A stretch of DNA of 64,000 bases. Origin: a virus (Duplodnaviria; Caudoviricetes). Where the stretch lies: the IMG/VR virus record IMGVR_UViG_3300033463_000005, positions 64,001 through 128,000 of that record. The stretch is one strand, 5' to 3'. Made by a program: the position numbers and the translations under genes. Position 1 is the stretch's first letter; every line of letters starts with the position of its first letter. Under the pieces are notes generated by a model, which saw only the letters and a list, made by a program, of their open reading frames with translations, ran no database searches and was not told the DNA's origin. This document shows positions 33,101 through 40,682 of this stretch, piece after piece.

Positions 33101-36100
33101 AACAGGTTTCAATACTTTGATGATTGCTTGGAAAGCTTTATTCAATGGCTTTAATGATTTCTGTAGAATACCAGTAATCAGTTTTGTCAAAGCTTTAAAT
33201 CCTGACAATGACATGATGACTGTTAAAACGGCTTGACCAATACCCATCAGAATCTTGGAAATACCACCAAGAGTCTTACCAATGTTGAATAGACCACCCT
33301 TCTTATCACCACCACCAGCGGCATCAGTACCACCAGTGTCAGGTGCTTTCAACGATGGCATTTTGACATCAACATCACCATCGCCACTACCAGTCGATTC
33401 ATCACCGCTTGGTTCTGGCGGAGCAACAAATCCTCCACCTTCTTCGGTACTACGATTTTCAACAGCACTCTGTGTAGTGGTTCCTTGTCCTGTGGATGAT
33501 TGTTCCGTTTTGTTCATATCATCAGTGATTTCTTTTGTGGAATCCCTGAAGATTTCACCGATCAACTTGATGCTATCAACAATGGTTGACAGGACGCCAC
33601 CGCCACCGTCTTTGCTCTTCAACAGATCGAGAATCCCAGTTGTTGCCTTATCGGCAGCAGTTTTTGGTGTCAATGTCTTCTTATCGAAAGCAGACATGAA
33701 ACCTTTTCCGAATTCGGATTCTCTGAATTTGTCGCCAATTTTCTCTGCTGCGGCGGATGCTTTTTCTTTGACGGTACCAACAGCATCTTTTGCTTTATCC
33801 AGACCAATACCAGCATACGTCAATCCAGCCAATAGTGTTGCATTTTCTTTTGCCTGTTCGCCAATGGTTCGAGTTTCACCACGTCTGATACGTTTGATCT
33901 GAATCTGATCCATTGCAGCTGAACCAATATTGGATGCGAATTCTCCTAGACCTTTTGAAACATCCACAATATTTCCGGCTAATCCAGTCACACCTTCTTT
34001 GACAGATTGTGCACCAGTCAGTATCTTCATGCCAGATGATTTGAAACTATCGAGAATCTTGTTGAAAATCGTTTTTCCCAATTTACCAACAAAGGAGTCT
34101 CCGAGTTTCTTGGCATAATCAATAATGAATGTTTTTGCTTTTGATAACAATGGGGAGACGTATTTCTTGACCAAACCCAAACCCCACATCAGAATCTTAC
34201 CGATACGAGATTTTGCAGGTTGAACAGAACCAACGCGAGATAATGTATTTTCAACAAGTCCCTGAACACGTGCTCGTAATTCGGGATTCCTGATTTTGGC
34301 AATTTGTGATGATAATGCCCCAAGATCTTCCTTACCATCACCATCCATCGCGGCGGTTTGCATTGCGGCAAGAACAGCTTCAACTGTTGTGCGGTCACTT
34401 TCATCATCCACAGAATTGCCAAGACCCTTTAATGATCGATTGATCATATGTCTGTCATATACATTGGCAAAACCAGACAGCAATCTATCTTTACCATATG
34501 CGATATCGTCTTTGACATTGTTGACCGCAGTTCTAAATGGATTGGATGCAATCTCCCATAAGTCTCCGATAAATGATCCTGTCGGTTGAAAACCGGTTGA
34601 TTGTGAATCATCAGTTCCACCACTGGAAGATGGCTGTGGTGTTGGCGGAGTATTGGTATCAGTTCCGCCGGGTGTATTATTATAAACTTGCGATGTACTG
34701 ATTGCTTTTGTGGAACGTCGTCCACGTGCATGTTGTAATGGATATTTTCCAAACGGTTTATCTCGTTGCACAGAGTAAACATTGATACCACGATTCAAGA
34801 TATAAAAGATGCTTGCAACGTAATCCAAAGTTTGCGTGGACATTTCTTGAACAGAAGCACCAAGACCACCCAACAATTCAGATTGTTTTCTTCGTTCCAA
34901 ACGAGCTTCTTGCGCTTTCTTTGCAGAAGCACGAAGTGTGCGGTCAACATTCTTTGCAACATCTTTGTTCTTGATCTTACCAGCTTGGACTTGTTCATCC
35001 AATGTACGTTCATCCGTATCTTCGTCAAATGTACCAAGATATTCTCTGATGACGTCATTTTGTAGATTCGTATCCAGGCTACCAATATCAGCGGTATAGT
35101 TTGCACTCTTCGCATAATTGCGAGCGGTTGCATCAGTACCTTGGATGGCTTTATTCAAGGCGCGAGTGAAATTACCACGGGCACGAGAATCAATCTGTAA
35201 AGATGTGATAATCCATTCAACAGCATTCTTCCAATATGTTCGGCCCTTATTCTTTGCACCTGTCAACAATTCAATTGCACGTTGATTTGCATGTGGCAAT
35301 CCACCATTTTCAAACAATGATGAACTATTGATGTTGATTCCTTCGTTCAACGATTCACCAACATAAACAGCGATCAACACACGTTGTGCAATATACAAGT
35401 CTGCTTCATCAATATTCGTTTGGTTTGTGTTTGTTAAACGATGAATTGTACCCGCAGACATACCAGTTTGAATCGCAGCACCGAATACACTCTTAAAATT
35501 ACCTGGTTTATCCGTTGTCAGATATCCTTCATCGGATACATTGTACTCTTTACCTGTCAACGCTTGTGTGATCTTTTTCAGATAACCAGGAATGACATTG
35601 ATAATCGTTGTTCTTGTGATACCGTCAAATGTTGCTTTCTCACGATTGTATTGGTTTTCAACATAAGAACCATAATTCTGATTCGCGGTTCTTTTTGTCA
35701 AATCACCAAAGATATCTTTGAATTTTTCAACATTGAATAATTTTGTCAACAAATCATTTTGTACATTTGCAATTGTTTCATCAATTGTATTTTTCGTACG
35801 ATTATACCAGTTATTTGCAGAGCCGAGTTTCGACCCGTTGGAACCCATCTCCAATATCATCGGAATCAACATACCAGCGGCCATACCAGCCATTTCACCT
35901 TTGGATGTTCCCATGGCACTCATACCACCGACCAAAGATGTTACTGTTGATATCATCGACATTGGCAATGCTAATTTATCCGAAGTAGCGTTCTTCAAGA
36001 AATCAAAAGCATGACCCAATGTCAAATTACCAGATGAATCAAAGATACTGGAATTTCGTATATATGGATCGGATTTCTTTGGAGAACTCAACTCAATCAA

Positions 36101-36595
36101 TTTATCTAACCGCTCATTGATACCGGTTAAATTCGTATTGATCTTTGTTAATGAAGATAAGATTTCCGAAGAACGTGTATTTACCGTTGTGATGATTTCA
36201 GAAGTTGTCATTGCGGATGCTTCTGCTTGTTTACCACCAATTTCATACATTGCAGAAACTTGTCCACGCATGATACCTTTCATGGATTCTGTATCCAATA
36301 CTTTCGATGTATTGGAATCATCATCTTCAATACCAAAATTTGTACCAGGATCGAATTCGTCATCATCACCCAATGTAGATGATGATCCGAATTCATCACC
36401 CCGATGAAAGAATGAATCAACTAATTTCTTGAAACCACCATTATTGCGAATTTCACGATATTTACCAGATGCAGTTTTTGCACCACCAATGACAGTATCA
36501 AATATTTCTTTTGATGAAGAAACCAATGATGTGACAGAATCAGGTGCAATGTTCGATACGAATCCTTTCGTGAAATCCAGCATTAGATTCGGCAT
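30101..36595 (-). CDS. Giant tail/tape-measure-like protein with C39-like cysteine peptidase and M23 peptidase domains
   Basis: QRGCGPVAL...NHYMNVLG...VSNP (C39-like); HSGIDF...YYHL...GSTGHSTGAHLHY...LNP (M23); TMP-like amphipathic repeats. Confidence 0.8.
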   Translation of the reverse strand: MPNLMLDFTKGFVSNIAPDSVTSLVSSSKEIFDTVIGGAKTASGKYREIRNNGGFKKLVDSFFHRGDEFGSSSTLGDDDEFDPGTNFGIEDDDSNTSKVLDTESMKGIMRGQVSAMYEIGGKQAEASAMTTSEIITTVNTRSSEILSSLTKINTNLTGINERLDKLIELSSPKKSDPYIRNSSIFDSSGNLTLGHAFDFLKNATSDKLALPMSMISTVTSLVGGMSAMGTSKGEMAGMAAGMLIPMILEMGSNGSKLGSANNWYNRTKNTIDETIANVQNDLLTKLFNVEKFKDIFGDLTKRTANQNYGSYVENQYNREKATFDGITRTTIINVIPGYLKKITQALTGKEYNVSDEGYLTTDKPGNFKSVFGAAIQTGMSAGTIHRLTNTNQTNIDEADLYIAQRVLIAVYVGESLNEGININSSSLFENGGLPHANQRAIELLTGAKNKGRTYWKNAVEWIITSLQIDSRARGNFTRALNKAIQGTDATARNYAKSANYTADIGSLDTNLQNDVIREYLGTFDEDTDERTLDEQVQAGKIKNKDVAKNVDRTLRASAKKAQEARLERRKQSELLGGLGASVQEMSTQTLDYVASIFYILNRGINVYSVQRDKPFGKYPLQHARGRRSTKAISTSQVYNNTPGGTDTNTPPTPQPSSSGGTDDSQSTGFQPTGSFIGDLWEIASNPFRTAVNNVKDDIAYGKDRLLSGFANVYDRHMINRSLKGLGNSVDDESDRTTVEAVLAAMQTAAMDGDGKEDLGALSSQIAKIRNPELRARVQGLVENTLSRVGSVQPAKSRIGKILMWGLGLVKKYVSPLLSKAKTFIIDYAKKLGDSFVGKLGKTIFNKILDSFKSSGMKILTGAQSVKEGVTGLAGNIVDVSKGLGEFASNIGSAAMDQIQIKRIRRGETRTIGEQAKENATLLAGLTYAGIGLDKAKDAVGTVKEKASAAAEKIGDKFRESEFGKGFMSAFDKKTLTPKTAADKATTGILDLLKSKDGGGGVLSTIVDSIKLIGEIFRDSTKEITDDMNKTEQSSTGQGTTTQSAVENRSTEEGGGFVAPPEPSGDESTGSGDGDVDVKMPSLKAPDTGGTDAAGGGDKKGGLFNIGKTLGGISKILMGIGQAVLTVIMSLSGFKALTKLITGILQKSLKPLNKAFQAIIKVLKPVVTTITKVLRQIVGYVVQIVESVIKIIQPILEAIGPIIEQLLSVLEPILELITGLVKLIMIPLVSVMKEVVVPILQTVANTLEIILGIVQVGMGLILTVLGGILTAVGVIGKIFGAPSLYETGKNMISMGTSMVSSGWGSMKSGFGKTVTMLGNAITGKSSVEQEDKQEQQVQASKTIPQLNGSPMDGIVASGDIYAGDGAQARYGAYMNMAQRGCGPVALTDAYARRTGNTLDARRLAVSMSNAGAYDASNGTSVRGYMNTSRALGMNLTPGGVTQRSLSMASPSNPITVVGSGPDFSTRRGNNHYMNVLGTSNGMAIVSNPLTGRIERKSASSLASSSLMGLYGSGDSPIEFSDTIQDALGNLKDIVGQLVSIFIGESDMESSLNEEQKNAKNQKALQDAGIDLSNMDENDRIKLEQEAREIFKKENSKYAGESDAEYEKRFQKNINTYYAKAATERLKKQANTDSESFSSFMKTAIGETDENGNPTGGIISGMTDALSAADSSAGSFIDQMTTALTGNNVEVSGTGFFSDRGAKLATDVYTPSIFEPNIPQTGATSESPLHEFFTMTNGSGRSNKAWSSGNIGHWFRKRQTPNRQGQGTTGSDHSGIDFLWSSDRTPEVVATTGGTVRTASSSWDKSTGNTLIWKDSGGDEHHYYHLSELPYTYVAGMKTSLNPGDKIQGGQVVGRVGSTGHSTGAHLHYTIKDGASQTKLNPMTFFKWREDESDSENGPSSIVIPTDSYSYTLGVPVTFNGNGGGMYSLTDENNESIASAMNAVQYDKLKKQSIAYSEFRKTYPDVYEYTYGKDKYYVYNVGNSENAKTVLKYLKKSDGERYLDEAKAQGYMDPNRNVEVSAGESSIEHGLVNPDVNTKFESTMTTTVANGDMSSIIQQDIPPLNNIDELFQYSSDMQSQQPVIVNRYRQSATTDMTENVKRIMDHTFNVRSVQIETMLSDMLKLMKERNQQRKQQQLSTKPPRRKLDGEFQDNDIPKQVERLSVG

Positions 36596-36633
36596 ATCAT
36601 ATCCTCCTTTCTGTATATAATCAATGATAAAAA

Positions 36634-36657
36634 GGTGTGGGCCATTGGGCCCACACC
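36634..36657 (-). terminator. Intrinsic terminator-like hairpin
   Basis: ggtgtgggcc-attg-ggcccacacc, followed by TTTTT on the minus strand. Confidence 0.75.
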
Positions 36658-36676
36658 CATCATCATGTTGTTTTCA

Positions 36677-37435
36677 TCAGAAGAATTGGATCAAATCAAT
36701 TTCATCAAAATGGAATGTGTTTGTCCATTTCTCAACTAATGCATTTCTCGCATCTTCGGCTCCAGACCAGTCGTCGATACGAAGTTGGATTTTCTCAAAT
36801 GCTGAACCAACATTGTTCATGTTTTTCAACATGTTGTACAATGTTCGTTTCACATCCAATGTCGCTAATTCTATAAAGGATTCGCGGCATGAAATCGGAA
36901 TTGTTTCCAGTGATAGATCGTGGTCACATTTCACAATCAGATGTACCAAACATTCCTCCGGAAAATCAAACAGTTGGATCTTATTATAACCCAACCATTT
37001 TGATGTTTGCGGACGACTGGTGACACCAGCATATTTATTAATTGCAGCACCTGTTGATGTTGCATTCAAAATATCCTGTGGATAATATGAACCAAATCCA
37101 ACAAAAGGAGTTCCAACAGTAAATGCATTTGTTGCAGCCTCAGCATTCTGATACTGTGAAGAAGCCATTTCAGCTTCTGCATATTGTACCGGAGTGAGGG
37201 TGAGATTTCCCGGAAGAAGATAGATGTTCATCTTCCGGGATGTCTCATCGGGAGATCTGAGATTCTTGATGGATTCGTATCCTTCACGGATTTGTGGCTT
37301 GAACTGGGAGAAGGTGCGAACCGATATCTTGATGATCTCCTGAAGTACAACTTCAGTTGGTTTATTAAATGGCAATGCGATTGTTTCTAATCCCAATGAC
37401 ATTTTAATATCATTGATCACATCAGAAATATTCAT
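36677..37435 (-). CDS. Putative neck/head-completion protein (gp13-like)
   Basis: Size and N-terminal DIKMSLG / C-terminal FIELATLDVKRTLY pattern reminiscent of myovirus neck proteins; location next to head genes. Confidence 0.45.
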   Translation of the reverse strand: MNISDVINDIKMSLGLETIALPFNKPTEVVLQEIIKISVRTFSQFKPQIREGYESIKNLRSPDETSRKMNIYLLPGNLTLTPVQYAEAEMASSQYQNAEAATNAFTVGTPFVGFGSYYPQDILNATSTGAAINKYAGVTSRPQTSKWLGYNKIQLFDFPEECLVHLIVKCDHDLSLETIPISCRESFIELATLDVKRTLYNMLKNMNNVGSAFEKIQLRIDDWSGAEDARNALVEKWTNTFHFDEIDLIQFF

Positions 37436-37452
37436 ATCACACCTTCTTCATA

Positions 37453-37614
37453 TCAGTCATTTTCATCTGTCATCAAAGCAGATGCGATGGTTGGTGGTTC
37501 AGGCATGTTTTCCTGAACGGGTTCAACATGATTCGTTGGAGTCGGAAGTGTCATTTCCGCAAAGCGTTTACATGCTTCACATGCCGCTTGCTCAAATGAA
37601 AAACGTTCGTTCAT
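37453..37614 (-). CDS. Small 53-aa protein not in the ORF track
   Basis: ATG overlaps the upstream TGA (TGATG); MNERFSFEQAACEACKRFAEMTLPTPTNHVEPVQENMPEPPTIASALMTDEND; fills the gap exactly. Confidence 0.6.
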   Translation of the reverse strand: MNERFSFEQAACEACKRFAEMTLPTPTNHVEPVQENMPEPPTIASALMTDEND

Positions 37615-38393
37615 CACAAGACATCCCTAACTTCTTTCATTTCCTTTTTGTTCATAGTATGTTTGTCAGCTTCTCTTTTCGCGATAATTTCTGCAATCTC
37701 CATATTGTTTGCAGTAACAATCGTGTTCAGTTTGGAGGTTACTTCAAGAACAGAAGTGATTTTGTTGAGTTCCTCGGAATTCAGCTTGGAGAAATCCATT
37801 GTTGCATCGGATTTCTTTTTCTGAAGAACCGTGATCAGTTCCTCCAAAATGTCACCCAACTCATTCAGTTTGCTCTTGTATGTCTCAAACTCCATTGATG
37901 TCGATTTTGTGACTTTCTTCAACTTCGGAATTGTCACAGCGCCATCATTGGATGCTTTATAGAAATTCAAGATTTCTGTAAAGACACGATATGCTTCATC
38001 CGGATCATAATCAAGTTTGACACTGGTCCTATCGCCACTGACTTTTACACGAGTAACACCTTTTGCATTTGCGTAGATGCCATCAGCCAGTGAGATTGTA
38101 CCCTTACCAAGATTTTTGAAGAAATTCTTGATCTTCTTGCAAATGAGTTTGATTCCGTCAATGATCCACTGAAAGGCACGCTTGTACCATTTTTCTTTCT
38201 GCTTATCATCGGCTTCTTTTGGAAGCTCTTCGAGTGCTGTCTCTTCACCAGAAGCAGCCTCCATAATCAACGCAGACTTGATGTATGTTTCACCCATTGC
38301 CATCAGAACATCATATTCAGCGACAAGTGTAGCTTCATCAATCATGTCGATAGAATCAAGAACAGCTTCCTGAATCATAGTTTCATCTCTCAT
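37614..38393 (-). CDS. Internal head protein, shared-leader family
   Basis: VLDSIDMIDEATLVAEYDVLMAMGETYIKSALIME-A leader followed by amphipathic helix KWYKRAFQWIIDGIK. Confidence 0.65.
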   Translation of the reverse strand: MRDETMIQEAVLDSIDMIDEATLVAEYDVLMAMGETYIKSALIMEAASGEETALEELPKEADDKQKEKWYKRAFQWIIDGIKLICKKIKNFFKNLGKGTISLADGIYANAKGVTRVKVSGDRTSVKLDYDPDEAYRVFTEILNFYKASNDGAVTIPKLKKVTKSTSMEFETYKSKLNELGDILEELITVLQKKKSDATMDFSKLNSEELNKITSVLEVTSKLNTIVTANNMEIAEIIAKREADKHTMNKKEMKEVRDVL

Positions 38394-38414
38394 GAATGAT
38401 CATACTCCTTTCGG

Positions 38415-39005
38415 TTAATTTGATGATGGGTATGCATCCAGTCTATGAACGACTGGTGTATCCACATTCATAAAGTGCATCCGATTTTGCACAGATGCTT
38501 GTTTGGAATTCGTCTTGGAATTCCGGGTTGCCAACCACAGATACAGATCCATATCATCCCGATATACTTTCGCCAGTTTGTTGAATTGATTGGTTGTCAT
38601 TACAGCAAGCTGTTCAGTTTGGATATCAGGATATTTCTCTTGCATGGATTCCATAACCATTTGTAGATTGTGAGTTCCTGTCAGGAATGATTCCATCACA
38701 GTAGAACGCATATCAGCCAATGTACAAGTTTTCCGATATGGAGAATTCACACCCATATCAGCAAACATGGAATCATAGAAAGACTTTGTTGATTGTAGAA
38801 TCTTTGCATCATATGATTGATCATTCTCATCACGATATGCAACATACCCTTCCAAGAATTCACAGATCTTACCAAAGATCTTACCATAATCCATAGAAGA
38901 ATACATTACATCATCCTTCGGACGGATGTTTGGATATGTGTTTGCAACATCCTCAAACATCGTTCGATATTCGCAAATAATTTCACCAATGTTTTGTGTT
39001 GCCAT
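38415..39005 (-). CDS. Hypothetical (probable virion) protein
   Basis: ATG 39005 coupled to the upstream TAA; helical ~196 aa. Confidence 0.55.
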   Translation of the reverse strand: MATQNIGEIICEYRTMFEDVANTYPNIRPKDDVMYSSMDYGKIFGKICEFLEGYVAYRDENDQSYDAKILQSTKSFYDSMFADMGVNSPYRKTCTLADMRSTVMESFLTGTHNLQMVMESMQEKYPDIQTEQLAVMTTNQFNKLAKVYRDDMDLYLWLATRNSKTNSKQASVQNRMHFMNVDTPVVHRLDAYPSSN

Positions 39006-40042
39006 TATCCTCTCCACCCTTCCGGAAGTGTGACATTTGCACGCCAGACACGATCATTCCGATTTACCGGTTTGATCTTCAGAACTTGTGCCAATAAATT
39101 ATTGAGCTGATTTTGCAATCCTACGAGATATTCCCTCGTATGAGGAACGATATACCGCTCATCTTTCAAATCAATGCAATTTAGATAGAAATCGACCAGA
39201 TCCAATTTTGAACAGATATAACCGGACAACATTGCCTGATCATTTGCATCTTTAATCGCATTCAATTCGATTGTGATATAAGGGATAAGATCTCGCGGAA
39301 TCGGTTTTAGTTTCTTTGGTTTTCTGGAGAAGAATCCTTCCTGGAATGGATCATCCGGATCGTGTGCATATTCTTCATGCACCGTATCACCATCACCCAT
39401 ATCCATGTATTCATAATCGTCATCTGTGATAACGTCATCGTCATCTTCCACAGAATGGATTTCTTCTAACTCATCACCAATATGTGAAGCATCCTCTTTC
39501 AGATCTTCCGGAAGTGAATCATGATCATCCGTACCAAGATAATGATCAACCATATCATCCACAGACTTCTGATTCTTCGGATCCAATTCTTTCATTTGAT
39601 CCATGAACTGTTTTCCGTTCATCATATCAGAAGCACAGATTTCAATCGTTCCATCATCTTTGATACATCCGATGATGCCTGACAAAACAATCTTCAGACG
39701 TTTTGGTTCATATCCATGATGACTCATGGCACGTGTTGGTGTATTTGTCATTGCAACATAAGTTGCATGATTATCCACCTCTTCCGCATCATCAAAGATT
39801 GTACCTTTGGCAATTGCTTCCGAGACACTTTCCATTTGAATCTCACTGACATCCTTTGGATACAATAAATGAATCTCATCATTTTTTGTATACATTCGAA
39901 TGTTTGAACCTTTGTACGAATGAACAATCACATTCTTTTTCCGATCAGGAAAACGAATCTTTGCATATTCGGTGATGGCTTCGAGCTTTCCATTCTTCAG
40001 AAATGCTTTAACCATGTCATGACCAAAACCATTCATTAGCAA
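39005..40042 (-). CDS. Probable virion protein with acidic linker and FQE-G site
   Basis: Acidic tract DDDDVITDDDYEY followed by PFQEGFFSRKPKKLK and a C-terminal domain. Confidence 0.55.
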   Translation of the reverse strand: MLMNGFGHDMVKAFLKNGKLEAITEYAKIRFPDRKKNVIVHSYKGSNIRMYTKNDEIHLLYPKDVSEIQMESVSEAIAKGTIFDDAEEVDNHATYVAMTNTPTRAMSHHGYEPKRLKIVLSGIIGCIKDDGTIEICASDMMNGKQFMDQMKELDPKNQKSVDDMVDHYLGTDDHDSLPEDLKEDASHIGDELEEIHSVEDDDDVITDDDYEYMDMGDGDTVHEEYAHDPDDPFQEGFFSRKPKKLKPIPRDLIPYITIELNAIKDANDQAMLSGYICSKLDLVDFYLNCIDLKDERYIVPHTREYLVGLQNQLNNLLAQVLKIKPVNRNDRVWRANVTLPEGWRG

Positions 40043-40090
40043 ACGTCACCACCTTTCTATTATTTATTTTTATACTGGAGGTATCTTCTT

Positions 40091-40612
40091 ATGACACTTC
40101 ATATTGATCTGAACACACTGTTCATCATTCAAGCAATATCCATTGTACTCATTATCGTACTCGGATGTATCGTTGTCAAACTATTAAAGCTTGTCAAACG
40201 TTTATCCAATCAGATATCAGAGAACAATCGATTGATGTATTTCAATCTGAAAGATTCCAATCAGATGAAATATGATATCAATGATACATTAGATCACATT
40301 GAACAAATCGAAACAAATGTTTCAGAATTGTCAAGATCTCTCAATGTCAAAATACAATATGACATTGCCGAAGCAGAACGAAAAGTATATCCAACTCCAG
40401 AAGTATCTCGCATGATTACAGAAACCATTCAAGAGCAGGTAGAAATCGAAATGATACTATCAAAGAATCTAGCCGCTCCATCAGGTGAATATGTTGATGA
40501 TATCACATATCGTGTTCTGAAAACATATCCCAAAATAGATCCAGATTACATTGCAAGAAAGTGTCTATCAGTAATTGAAGTTGAACTTGCACAATATCGA
40601 AGTACTGAATGA
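40091..40612 (+). CDS. Single-pass membrane protein with coiled coil
   Basis: LFIIQAISIVLIIVLGCIVV followed by KLLKLVKR; RBS GGAGG. Confidence 0.6.
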   Translation: MTLHIDLNTLFIIQAISIVLIIVLGCIVVKLLKLVKRLSNQISENNRLMYFNLKDSNQMKYDINDTLDHIEQIETNVSELSRSLNVKIQYDIAEAERKVYPTPEVSRMITETIQEQVEIEMILSKNLAAPSGEYVDDITYRVLKTYPKIDPDYIARKCLSVIEVELAQYRSTE

Positions 40613-40621
40613 ATATAGAGT

Positions 40622-40647
40622 GATGGCGGGGGAAATCCCCCGCCATC
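40622..40647. terminator. Hairpin between convergent genes, downstream of the capsid gene
   Basis: gatggcggggga-aa-tcccccgccatc. Confidence 0.75.
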
Positions 40648-40682
40648 CTCCATCAGGCGTTTGATATTATGCTGCCATCAAA

